DNA from: Bugula neritina
Lineage: Eukaryota > Animalia > Bryozoa
Assembly (NCBI GenBank): GCA_964035545.1
Contig: OZ037769.1
Coordinates: 17,514,633 to 17,578,632, forward strand
Length of the DNA: 64,000 nt
Direction of reading: 5' to 3'
A model generated the notes under the pieces. That model made no database searches. It saw only the letters and a program-made list of their open reading frames with translations, and was not told the DNA's origin. The position numbers and the translations under genes are program-made. This document shows positions 1-12,590 of the stretch, in pieces; within the stretch, counting starts at the first letter, position 1; each line of letters starts with the position of its first letter.

Positions 1-3000
1 TGTTCCAGCAGCGTTGTTGTTCTCTCCTGCTGTCCATGTGAGAAACTCTTCTAAACAGCTTTTTTGCTGCTTTCAAAAAAGCTTCATCAACATCTATGGT
101 AACATAAAAAGTGTGATAGTTGAATTTAAATGAACGTTTATCAAACTGAAAATACTGGGCTGCAATGAAAGAATACTACAAAATATCAGCTACTTTTATT
201 ATGTTATATCCCAAGATAATTAGTAATCTATAACTAATACTCAGCTTGAATATAGCCAATGCTGAACATTTTTTTTTATTTATTTTTAATTTTAATAATA
301 GGAATATATAACGAGACGTAAACTTTATGCCAGTTGTAGAATTAGATTACATTTTGAGTAGTGTCTTCTAGCAGTAATGTAATTTGAGGTCAACGTCTAA
401 TAGCCTGTTACCATGGTGCCATTTTTTTCATAGTAGAGCCACTGGCAACTAAACCAATGCACACGTTCCGCCATGTAGGATGTATTTTATGAACACAAAG
501 GCTACGGTCCCTATACAAATCTAACCCCCTGTTCACACATTGCCGCACCGTACGCCGTAACAGCAAATATTCACCATCTTTGTTAACATCCGGGCTGAAT
601 CGTACTACGGTATACGCTGCGGCGTTGATCAAGCAGTGCTTGATTCAAAAAATCACGGCGGGCTCCTATTAGGTAGAGTTGGTCTGGTACTAAAGTTTAA
701 AGAACATTTTCGCTATTTTATTTTAATAACATATTTTTTATTTAATTTAACTACTTCAAAAGTTTTAAAACATTAAAAAACGTTTATCCGGCTTGTTTGA
801 ATTAAACTCAGCTTAAAAATCTAGCTTTCCCTAATCACAAAAGCACGCAAACCAAAAACTTAAAAATGATTTGGATGGCTTAAATATTCATTATTTGAAT
901 TAGTTTGCACAATTATTTTAAAAAAGAATATATTTAAAAGAGAGATTCTTTTCATGTAATTGCTTTTATTTAGTAAATAGCATTTATATAACATTTTTTG
1001 AAAATAATGTTGCTAATAACTTGTGAATGATATCCAAGTCACCGCAGACAAAAATTAGCCTCATTATGATTGGTCACAGCTCACCGTTATGTGTTGTATA
1101 CTTTGCGGCAATGTGTGAACAGGGGGTAACGAGTTTGTAAAAACTAGTTATGTAACTGAAAGGGCAAATTAATTTTATTAGTCAAGCTCACTGCAAATGA
1201 ACTCATTTCCATTAACCGAGGCTCCTTTACTACTGGACCTGGATATACATAGCCAAGTTTGTAGAGTGTTTTTTGTGCGACTATAGTTATTACCACGAGC
1301 AGTTCCTGCCTGCTATCTTCAACCTTGCTGTGATTGGATAGTGAAGATTGGAACAATAATATAGTGAAGCCGCTCAACTTAGGACAGTATAACGTTGCTT
1401 GGTCTCTATGACTGAACAACCCTTTTCTGAACCCGCTCAGTTCAACGCAATACGAAAAGGGAACTAGAAAAAGGGCCCTAAACATAAGCTTCTCTCACCA
1501 CCGAATTTACTTTTTTTGTGGTCATAAAACAAAACTGAATATGGCAACCTGAAATGATGGACTGTGAGAAATTGCACAGCCCTAAGAAACAGCTTGCATA
1601 GCCTGTGAACGTAGAAAACTAAATTTAGACATAGGAAACTTTTAAAAATCTTATGAAGAGCAGCTTACAGAAACTGGTGGAGAGAAAAAGCGGATAAACA
1701 AAGAAGTTATGTATTCTATTGCTGAATTTTAGTTAAGCTAATTAAACTGACTATCTTAAACCAATCATCATATTGATAGATTATTTAGGGGAGGGTGGGG
1801 ATAGTTGAACCAAGAGGCTAGGTGAACCACATGGTCTAAATTTTCTCCTTTAAATCATTGCACTATATTTCCCCTTCTTTACTTAAGAGTGGTTTATAAG
1901 GTGAACTACCTGCAGACATATAGAAACATATAAAATCAAAGCAGAATTTTTCAGGTGAGCGAGGACTTTTCATATTTTTTGCATAAAAAATGATCAATCT
2001 GAAATTATTTTTTTTTGTAAAATGTTGCATAGCTTTTCACTTTTTTGGATCCCAGTCAAATAAATTCAGGCAAGTATTGTCAACATGCTTTTAAAGCTGA
2101 ACAATGACTTAAAGTTGCATAGATATCTCACTCACAGCAGATATTGACAATAATTTGCAGCATGACATGTGGGGTCAGTTGAACCACGAAGTAAGTGAGG
2201 CAAGTTGAACCAGGTTCAACTCGCCCCACTTACTATTTTCACTATAGTATAATTTGTAACTGGGCACATCAGTTTTTAAGTGTATAATTAAACCATTCGG
2301 CAAATGTTTTCTGAATAGCGCAAAACTTTATACATAAAACAAACAGCTAGGAGAATATATTAGGGAAGCTTATCTACAGCAATGAACACATGAAGCAAGG
2401 CAGTATCATATATCATCCACCATCAAATTGAGAACCTTCAAACAGCCTTCAGCAAAGTTGGTTATGCTCAACCATATGGAGTGCTATTTGGCACTCCATA
2501 CAACCATACAGTGTATTTTCTGATGTCATGAGAGGACCCACTTCATATGTGTAATTTATTTAAAGATGAATTACAAGAAAACAACATTTGAAAGCTTTCT
2601 TACCAGTTTGCTACTATAACTGCTTTGGTTTTAAAGAGTTTTTTGCGCATTGTATATGTATTGGAGTTTAAATGGTTACGGAGACAGATCATATCCAAAG
2701 TTTCTGTCATTTGTCTATGCCAATTCATTCTGACTTTTTAGATGACTTATTGTCAATATTTAATAAATTATTTTTCAACTTGTGAAAAAAGCAAACAATT
2801 TATATTATAGGATAGATGGTACTGGTTCAACCGCCTATGGGGCCGCGTTGCGCCAAAAAACTGACAGTCAAAAATTGGCTTTATCTCAGTGAGTAAAATG
2901 TTTATATATTTAATTTTAATATACAAAAAGACAGCACCATGCTGACATTGATGGTGCTGGTCTTTGAATTGGTACAATAATTCTTGAAAAATTATGCTCA

Positions 3001-6000
3001 AAGACGCAATTTTTGGTTCTACTATCTCCACCCTTCCCTACTTTATAATTAGCCTGTGTAATTGTTTTTTATGCTGCAGTCGACTGATTTATATTAACTT
3101 AAATTCTTGTATATCTAAGAGTATGACATACTTTTAACTTAGCTGTATTACAAATGTAGAAGGTTAGATTACTCCTAAGAACTTAATTCAAAATAAAAAC
3201 AAAATTGAATATAAGGAATAATGTCCCCAACCTGGAAGTCTCCAGTCAAAGGTGGCCTCCTTAGCTCTATCAACTTTGCGGCCAGGATGTGGAAAGTTAA
3301 AGGCTGTGATGGGTTTGAAGGATTTCTTTATACCATTGATGAGTTTCACGTCACTCTTAGGATCATTCAACTAAAATTGTTTTTTAATTTAGCTTGTCGG
3401 GTGTAAAGTTAAAATAATTAATTCAAATAGTAAAAGTAACATAGTGTAATGAATACCTAATAGTTAATCAAGCATTCAGCGTTGCGTTAGCATAACGTTT
3501 CACTCAAATAGGTTATCGCATTGCAATGACTGCTAGTTTTCAATTAATAAATTAAATAGTTAACCCATAGCAGCACGCCCTTGCCCATTGGTTGTGGGTT
3601 TACGCTTTGGCAGCACGGATGTTCGGTGCAGATGTTGAACTTACAGTTAGTAGAATAGTAGCGCTAGCAATGCAAGTTCCATCGCATCAATTACAATCAA
3701 TTTTAATATAATATAATTAATAAAATATAAATAAATTTGAAGAGGCGCAGGCTAGTTTTGTTTTTCAGTATTTGTCATATTTGAAGTTTTTGTGAAGTAT
3801 TTTTATCCATTTCAATTATAAGAATAAATATTTGGTTTATTTAACATGTTTAGGAGTTTAACTTTTTTGGAATGCCTGCGCGGTCAGTGCATGATAATAT
3901 TTATGGCTATGTGTATCTTTATAATAGGTTTCTCATAAAATTACTACTCTAAAGGCAGGCTCTCTAGTTATTGATCAGTTTGTCATGAGATAGAACCCTA
4001 ATTGGCAGTTTAAAGTTTTATTTTTACACAAAACAGTATTTTACTGCAACTACTAATTCAGGTCGACATTGAATATAAGTTTTAACCCCTGTCTATGGGC
4101 TATACATTCATTCTTACTAATTGCCTCAACATTTGTCTTATGGCAGTTATCACTTAATGTCATTTTTATTATAGTTTGATATTTTTTAGTAGACCTGTAA
4201 TACCGTTTCCTTGAGTCAAACTCACCCTAGCTAGCCACTAAAAGAAGGCAAGAGGTGATTAATTCAGAATTTGTATATATGTTTGAATACCTTGCAACTT
4301 CATAAATAATTTTTTGTTTGTTTTATTTTAAAAACTTGTTATAGTTACTTTTACAGTTTCTTACAGCAGTTGGAATAAATAAAAATAAAGTTACAAACGC
4401 CAACGCCAGTACAACTCATCTATATAGTTAGTGGCGGCGCTACATTGGGTAAAACTGAATTTCAGTAACCATTATTAAAATATTATTCAATAAAATTACT
4501 AACCAATTCATTAAAGATTCTGTCATCTTCTCCAAAAATTTCATCTTCGTTGTAGTTTCTTCTGATGAAAATCAAAGACCCAAACAAGCTATCTTCCTTA
4601 TCATCCAAATCATCAAATTCAACAGCTTTATCAACAGCTGAACAAAGCTACAAGTTGACACAATTAACTAGCACAGTTGCTACCAGTTCATAACTTACAC
4701 ATGGAGACATACAGTCACAGACATCTAGTAGAAATATTATGCTTAAATTCAATAATCCATGAAAACAGAAATAGTTGAAACAGAGAGATATATACTTGTA
4801 TGTGTACGTGTACGCGTATATATATATATATATATATACACGACTGTGAGATATAGTGCGCTGCTAAAAAGAGCTCAATGTTTAAAACAGAGCATATCAT
4901 GAAATAGAATTAAAATGTCACAGTTAAATTTGATAAAATATTTTATTACTAATAGTTTCATGCATATTAATTTGCATGAAACTATTAGTAATAAAATGTT
5001 TTGTCAAATTTAACTGTGACATTTTAATTCTACTGTGTGTGTGTGTGTGTGCGTGCGTGTGTGCGTGCGTGCGTGCGCGTGCGCGTGTGTGTGTGTGTTT
5101 GTGCTGTGTGCTGTGCGTGTGCTGTGTGTACGTATTATATTAGTATATATGTATTTTCCAATAGGTATTATATATAAGCAAAAAAAGATTATTTACAAAT
5201 AATTGTAATAATATGCTAAATATCTTCGGGTGTTCTCATATAGATTAATACCTGAAGCCTGGTAAGGTTTATCGGCTGAAGTAACTTGTCAATATTGAGA
5301 AGCTGTACAGATGCAATCTGCAGAGAAATGTAGGTCACTAGCTGGTCAATTCTCACATCACCTTTGATATGACCTTCACCTTCACAATCCATTATCAGAA
5401 TAGCCATCTGAAAAGATAGTAAGGGTATGTTACACTCACACTAGTGCATACCATATGCTGCACTACCATGAGTATTAGCCAACTGTGAAATTTGTGGTGA
5501 ATTGTAACCCAATAGACAGACCAGAGTGGCCACGTTTTATAATGAGCAATAGACTAGTGTAAAGTACTGGATTTTTTTAGATCAATTTCAGCTAGCTCTA
5601 TCTTGTATAGCTGCCTTTTGCCTTCTGTTATGTAATGGGTGAGTAATAAATTTGACTTCCCCCCTTTCACCTTTCTGCTACAGTCAAAGCTACTCTTGGT
5701 AAAATTTCTTTATAGACAGCACACAACAGAGCGTCATCCTTGAGTTACTACTACTACTGCACATAGCCAAGGTTCTTAAGCTGTTGTGCTCAGACAGGAG
5801 AAGACAACTATACAATAATGAAGAGAGATGATGAAGGAAATCTCTCACCAAACTAACTTACAGAACACAATATTCTATAGCTTATTAGTACAGTAGAACT
5901 ATGAGAACTGGGTGGTATGCAGTTAGTATACTTTGAGCTACTATAGTACCTTGTGTATACTGAGTAGTATATCATGCCACCTGCAAGGTGAGCTTCTTCC

Positions 6001-9000
6001 TATATAACCCTGGACACTATTGTACAGAATTTCTCAGCTGAAACCTTGGCGCACTTGGATAAACTTTTATTGTGTAATAAAATGTATTTCTCCTACACAC
6101 TGACCTTTTTTCCCTCTTCTGGTTCAACAATAAAAGGTTTGCTCCACACAGATATTCCTCTGGTTATGGTAGTTCTACTCTGTCCCCACGGGAATCCTTT
6201 AGTTTTTGTTGTTGAGTGTTCCCAATTATCATCATTATCATTCTGTGTAACCGAGAATAATTATATAACCAATACTGTATATAATACTGTATATTTACTA
6301 TAATATAATACTGTATATAATACTGTATATTTACTATAATATAATACTGTATATAATACTGTATATTTACTATAATATAATACTGTATATAATACTGTAT
6401 ATTTACTATAATATAATACTGTATATAATACTGTATATTTACTATAATATAATACTGTATATAATACTGTATATTTACTATAATATAATACTGTATATAA
6501 TACTGTATATTTACTATAATATAATACTGTATATAATACTGTATATAATACAGCATATTATACTGTATAATCAACTGCATTTTTACTATGCAATACTGTA
6601 TAATTATTGACAGAGAATAACTCACCAGCTCCAAGTAAGTTAAATAATTGATGTACAGATTGAGAAGGAAAGACTTTCCACTTCTAGCAACTCCAACCAT
6701 AGAGACAATGACCAGAGGCAAGTTACCAACTTTCTCAAGAACTTTGAGTAACTTCTTCTCTCTTATTTGAGGTTGACCTGACTCAAAGGTTACAATATCT
6801 ACGACTTTGTCCTTCTCTCCGAAGAATGATGTCACCTAATAAAAATTGATTGGATAAATTAATACTCTGCTATGGTTTAATAATAACTTTCGGTACATCT
6901 TGTCGTAAAATATTGGTAAGCAAATTTCTATCAGGTAAAATTTCTTTACCATGTCTATTAGTCTAAATTATTTGGTTTAGTGAGAGTTAATTAAGCTTTT
7001 TAAAACGCATCTGTGTCAATTATTCAACGTGACAAAATTAAACTCCTAAATATAGTCAATTGTCCATCAATATTTTCAGTGGTTTTATTATCTACATCAT
7101 TGCATATTACTTAAAATTATATTTTTAATTAAAATTGTTCATATTGCTATAGATGACTTTAATCAAAAGTGAATTAACTCTAGGGAAGACATTTGCTAGA
7201 AGCATATATAAGATAGTCACAGTATAAAATACACAAGTATAATGTTGTACCATCAATATGCCGGCTACTATAGCCCTTCCCTTTGATCTCAGTATAATAC
7301 TAAACATAGGTAAGAGGCATATGGGTAATTTAATCACATGTTAGTACACATTTGTTTCCTGATTGCCTCTACAAGCTTTTCTGATTACCCAAATTCACTG
7401 GAAAATACATCTGCGGATGAATCACATAAAATAACTGGGTTTGCCTGCATTCACAACTTTCATACCATACTAGACTACCTAGTGTACCTATACAATACTA
7501 TACTACCAAGTGTACCTATACAGTACTATACTACCAAGTGTACCTATACAGTACTATACTACCAAGTGTACCTATACAATACTATACTACCAAGTGTACC
7601 TATACAATACTATACTACCTAGTGTACCTATACAATACTATACTACCAAGTGTACCTATACAATACTATACTACCAAGTGTACCTATACAATACTATACT
7701 ACCTAGTGTACCTATACAATACTATACTACCTAGTGTACCTATACAATACTATACTACCTAGTGTACCTATACAATACTATACTACCTAGTGTACCTATA
7801 CAATACTATACTACCTAATGTACCTATACAATACTATACTACCAAGTGTACCTATACAGTACTATACTACCAAGTGTACCTATACAATACTATACTACCA
7901 AGTGTACCTATACAATACTATACTACCTAGTATACCTATACAATACTATACTACCAAGTGTACCTATACAATACTATACTACCAAGTGTACCTATACAAT
8001 ACTATACTACCTAGTGTACCTATACAGTACTATACTACCTAGTGTACCTATACAATACTATACTACCAAGTGCACCTATACAATACTATACTACCTAGTG
8101 TACCTATACAATACTATACTACCTAGTGTACCTATACAATACTATACTACCAAGTGTACCTATACAATACTATACTACCAAGTGTACCTATACAATACTA
8201 TACTACGTAGTGTACCTATACAATACTATACTACCAAGTGTATCTATACAATACTATACTACCTAGTGTACCTATACAATACTATACTACGTAGTGTACC
8301 TATACAATACTATACTACCAAGTGTACCTATACAATACTATACTACCTAGTGTACCTATACAATACTATACTACCAAGTGTACCTATACAATACTGTACT
8401 ACCAAGTGTACCTATACAATACTATACTACGTAGTGTACCTATACAATACTATACTACCAAGTGTATCTATACAATACTATACTACCTAGTGTACCTATA
8501 CAATACTATACTACGTAGTGTACCTATACAATACTATACTACCAAGTGTACCTATACAATACTATACTACCAAGTGTACCTATACAGTACTATACTACCT
8601 AGTGTACCTATACAATACTATACTACCTAGTGTACCTATACAATACTATACTACCTAGCAGGGTTGGGGTCAATTACATGTGAATGTAATTAATTACAAT
8701 TACAATTACATCAAAATTTCTCAATTACAATTATAATTTTACAGATAAAAAGTAATGTAATTAATTACAATTACAATTACATGGCAATGTATTTAATTAC
8801 AATTACAATTACTTTTGTTCTTACAAGCAATAAATAGAAGTTATGCAAGCTCCCTTATAGTGTCTAAATACCAGGGGCAATTTTGACAGGGGTGCATGAA
8901 CCTCCTTTGTTTTCAACAGTGATACTACACTACCTAGACCAGTGGTTCCCAACCTTTTTCATACTATTCCCCCTTTTCATAAATGTTGACTATTAATTAC

Positions 9001-11668
9001 CCCCATTCAAAGATTTTATGACTTACTGAATGAGAATATATGATACAATGCAATATATTTTGTTTGATTATATTTGCATATAATATAATTATCATAATAG
9101 TAATATTATCATTATTTTTATGTTTTAAAACACAGAGCAGTCCAGTTATTAATGTTATAGCTTCATTTGATGCTTTTGTGCCAGCTTGCTTAAGCCTGGC
9201 TTTGTGTTTGACCAGGTCCATCTTAAGTCACTCTGCACGTTCTTTTCTCTTTGAATTGATGAGAATCCTACCTCACATGAATAGATGGTGCTGGATGGCA
9301 CCAAAACTCTGCTTTGTCAGTTATTTGTGAGAAGAGTTTACTTGTTGAAAACCACAATTATTTTAGATCTATAAAGCTTGTGCATGTAAAAATGGCACAG
9401 GTAATAATGGCACAAATGGAAAAGTAGGTAAAAATGGCACACTGATGCTAAATTTTTCTAAACTCAAACTTCAAACCCCCCCCCCCCCCCAACATTGAAA
9501 ACATGTGCCATTTTTACCTACTTTTCCATTTGTGCCCTTATTACCTGTACCATTTCTACTGGACACCACCCACAATCCATCAATTGGAGAAGATTTCAAA
9601 TCATCCTTCATTGCTGAATTGTAAACCAACTTAATGAAATTCTCTTAAGTTGCGTTTATACCTCTGCTGAAAAAAGTACCGAGTTTAAGTTAATAATGCT
9701 TGTCCGGGTACCCCTTTATAGTCAAGCTGAAACTCGTTGAAATCATATTGATGCGGTTGCTCACTTTCTGAAATTGAAATTTGACTCGCATAATAGCTAT
9801 TTGATGCCCTTTGTAAACGTCGTGAATTAGTGAAGCGGAAAGCATAAAGACGATAATTGAGAAGGCGTAGGCTATATAATTATAACCGTATAAGTACGTT
9901 GTCTAATCGCCAAAGTAATAACTGAATAACGATGTTTACAAGGAGTTATTACTCTTATTCTAAAATTGGCCGATTAAGTTATCGCAGTACAAAAATTTCA
10001 ACGGGTGGCTTTTACAATGCAATGCAACTCGGAGAAATTTCAACCCGGCCAAATTGAAATTTTGACCGAAAATCGTGAAGGTATAAACGCAACTTTACGA
10101 TTCCTCTAAAAACTGTTCAAGAAAGCGTTGCAATGAGTCACATTTGAAGTTAAGAATCTAGCTCTTTCTTTTTGGGAGGTAGCTCAGAGAAATACTGTTG
10201 AAACTTCATTAACAGTTCAGAGATGAGAACAGGGAGAACAGGTGGTGTCCGGTAAAAATGGCACAAGTGAAAATAGCGTTATTGGCACATATGGAAAATT
10301 AGATAGAAATGGCACATTTTCAACTTTAGCATTGAAGATTTGAATTAGGAGTTAGGCATTTAGAATGGGGCGTTTGGAGGTTTGGGTTTGGGAAAATTTA
10401 ACACCAGTGTGCGATTTTTACCTGTGTTATTTTTGCCTAAAATTGGAACAGGTTCTTCTCCTATAAAAATTCATTGAGTGTGTGGGGAAAGACACCATGT
10501 TTTTGACAGAAACACCACCACTTTAGTGTAACTTTGAAAACATTGCTGCTGCTATGAAAAGCAACAGTATGATGATTGCACTCCTGCATTTTTAGGTTCA
10601 GATTATTTAGTGTAGCAAATATATTCACTAGGTATGTAGTAAACAATTCATAGAAATTGACTTGCATGGCTGCTAAAAGTTGGCCTGTTGTTTTTGCATA
10701 TTTTTTGACCTCCATTAGAAATAGCGCAGAGAACAGTTGGGAGAGAGTAATGTAGAAGTAAACTCAGATTGCAGAATATGGTTTGGTTAAATAGATGAAC
10801 TAAGATGAAGATTTATAGATAGATATACTTATGTAATGTGCAAGAGCTCAAAAAGCCTTCAACAAAGTGCGTGAATCTTTCAAAATCCAAATTCTTCCCT
10901 AAAATGTCCAAATTCCCCCCTAGGAAATTTTTAAGATTTTAAAGTTTTGAAGTAATTGACATGTAATTATAAAGTAGTTGTAAAAATCAATTACATTAGC
11001 AATGTAATTAATTACAATTACAATTACATTTTTAGACATCAATTACAAATTACATTCAATTACTTGAAAAAATGTAATTAATTGCAATCAATTACAAATT
11101 ACAATTACCCCAACCCTGCTACCTAGTGTACCTATACAATACTATACTACCAAGTGTACCTATACAATACTGTACTACCAAGTGTACCTATACAATACTG
11201 TACTACCAAGTGTACCTATACAATACTATACTACCTAGTGTACCTATACAATACTATACTACCTAGTGTACCTATACAATACTATACTACCTAGTGTACC
11301 TATACAATACTATACTACGTAGTGTACCTATACAATACTATACTACCTAGTGTACCTATACAATACTATACTACCTAGTGTACCTATACAATACTATACT
11401 ACCTAGTGTACCTATACAATACTATACTACCTAGTGTACCTATACAATACTATACTACCTAGTGTACCTATACAATACTATACTACCTAGTGTACCTATA
11501 CAGTACTATACTACCTAGTGTACCTATACAATACTATACTACCAAGTGTACCTTTACAATACTCACTTGAGGAATATTTAAGTTTCCTGTAGATGGACTC
11601 AACGCCTCTTCATCAACTGGTGCCACTTTCTGTTGTGGTTCAGGCGCAACTTGTTCCGTATTCTCCAT
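1..11668 (-). CDS. Atlastin-like (GB1/RHD3-type) large GTPase, 3'-partial. Coding exons 11567-11668, 6626-6835, 6105-6242, 5252-5407, 4504-4647, 3232-3370, 1-93 (continues off window)
   Basis: Exons join in phase at GT-AG junctions. Motifs: P-loop VSMVGVARSGKSFLLN, KGFPWGQSRTTITRGISVWSKPF (cf. atlastin GFSWRGGSERETTGIQIWS), G3 ILIMDCEG, LFGSLIFIRRNY (cf. FQSLIFLVRDW), AFNFPHPGRKV (cf. CFLLPHPGLKV). Attachment of the first exon (MENTEQVAPE...) is less certain. Confidence 0.85.
1788..3038 (+). mobile_element. Non-autonomous Tc1/mariner-pogo-like DNA transposon in an atlastin-like intron
   Basis: Imperfect TIRs GGGGAGGGTGGGGATAGTTGAACCA / TGGTTCTACTATCTCCACCCTTCCC, each flanked by TA (1786-1787, 3039-3040). 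Internal AGTTGAACCA/TGGTTCAAC repeats near 2178-2220 and 2823. Decayed pogo-like HTH fragments (e.g. YQFA at ~2601). Confidence 0.7.
4905..5032. repeat. 60-bp-arm near-perfect inverted repeat (hairpin)
   Basis: 4905-4964 is the reverse complement of 4973-5032 with 2 mismatches; 8-nt loop TATTAATT. Confidence 0.95.
6270..6570. repeat. Intronic minisatellite, 36-bp unit AATACTGTATATAATACTGTATATTTACTATAATAT
   Basis: Visible tandem array inside intron 6243-6625. Confidence 0.95.
9380..9567. mobile_element. Palindromic MITE, copy 1
   Basis: ~55-bp inverted arms GTAAAAATGGCACAGGTAATAATGGCACAAATGGAAAAGTAGGTAAAAATGGCACA / TGTGCCATTTTTACCTACTTTTCCATTTGTGCC...; interrupts the transposase remnant. Confidence 0.75.
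9647..10095. mobile_element. MITE with 17-bp perfect TIRs, Kolobok-like
   Basis: AAGTTGCGTTTATACCT (9647-9663) / AGGTATAAACGCAACTT (10079-10095) in a TTAA/TTTA context. Superfamily assignment is inferred. Confidence 0.7.
10244..10438. mobile_element. Diverged second copy of the 9380-9567 MITE family
   Basis: Begins GGTGTCCGGTAAAAATGGCAC (complement of the 9567 end) and carries the same TGGCAC repeats. Confidence 0.65.
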
Positions 11669-12294
11669 CTGAGACAAACAGTGTGTAGTATAGTAGTATA
11701 GTATAGAGTAGTATAGTATAGTGTGTAGAGTAGTGTACACTGTACAGTTACTATTAATAACTAGTTTACAGTGTATTGTTATATATAACACTTACTTTCA
11801 ATATCTGTCCAGAGAGCAGTTCTTGTATGCAAAGAGTAGTAAGTATATTATGTAGAACACACCAAGTATACAGTACAAGAGTATACAGAACTATTAGCAA
11901 GTTGCCCTCAGCTAGAGATGGAATATGTACTGGGCTTTCAGAGTTCACTTTGTGATGGTGGGCGTGTACTTAGTAGAGCAGAGTTTCTATTGGTTGATCT
12001 GGTTGCTATGATACTGTGACAACAATCACTGGGTACAACCCTTAGCCAACAGTAGGGAGGGGGGAGAACCAGGGGGACAGCACACTGTAGGTATCTAAAA
12101 ACATTAGGTATTTGGTATAAATCCAATGACATTTCTTTCATAAAATAATCCCAATCAACATGACAGAAAGTTATGTTAACACATTTCAAAATGCCAGCCT
12201 AGAGTTACATAAAGACATACATGTCTGATTACATTTAACAAATGTGAGATGAATGCTGCTAGACAATTAGGCATCAAAAAGAGCTTTGCTTAAA

Positions 12295-12590
12295 CTCCCT
12301 CAGCATGGTGCAAGCAGTGACACCCCCTCAGCATATACTAGACTGACACCTCCTCAGTATATACTAGACTGACACCCCCTCAACATGGTGCAAGCAGTGA
12401 CACCCCCTCAGCATATACTCGACTGACACCCCCTCAGCATATACTAGACTGACACCCCCTCAGCATATACTAGACTGACACCCCTCAGCATATACTAGAC
12501 TGACACCCCCTCAGCATATACTCGACTGACACCCCCTCAGCATATACTAGACTGGCACCCCTTCAGTATATACTAGACTGACACCTCTGA
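12295..12590. repeat. Minisatellite, 26-bp unit GACACCCCCTCAGCATATACTAGACT
   Basis: About 10 head-to-tail copies, no spacers. Confidence 0.9.

Larger units (their letters stand above)
8940..10715 (-). pseudogene. Degenerate hAT Buster/Charlie-type transposase remnant with one terminus
   Basis: Minus-strand fragments YLVNIFATLNNLNLKMQ...FKVTLKWW (10461-10715), EFIKLVYNSAMKDDLKSSPIDGLW (~9570-9642) and dimerisation-domain RVLVPSSTIYSCEVGFSS...VQSDLRWTWSNTKPGLSKLAQKHQ (~9165-9310). Charlie-like terminus CAGTGGTTCCCAACCTTTTT at 8940. Confidence 0.8.
8659..11118. mobile_element. hAT-superfamily non-autonomous element (2460 bp) with nested insertions
   Basis: TIR CAGGGTTGGGGT / ACCCCAACCCTG; 8-bp TSD CTACCTAG at 8651-8658 and 11119-11126; subterminal AATTAC/GTAATT repeats at both ends. 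Confidence 0.9.
7467..11560. repeat. Intronic minisatellite, 28-bp unit TACCTATACAATACTATACTACC(A/T)AGTG, split by a hAT insertion
   Basis: Arrays at 7467-8658 and 11119-11560; the right end abuts the donor site at 11566. Confidence 0.95.

Noticed and set aside
492-509. 17/18-nt inverted match to 28511-28528
   Set aside because: It does not extend, and a match this short is plausible by chance in 64 kb.
3465-3540. Helitron-like 3' end (short palindrome then CTAGT)
   Set aside because: No matching 5' TC end, second copy or Rep/Hel remnant is visible.
4504-4647. Suspected frameshift in the atlastin-like exon near the G4 motif
   Set aside because: Re-reading gives a continuous LIFIRRNYNEDE frame; the exon is 144 nt and in phase.
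12295-12590. CRISPR-like regular repeats here and elsewhere
   Set aside because: The units are head-to-tail with no unique spacers, there are no cas genes, and the context is eukaryotic.
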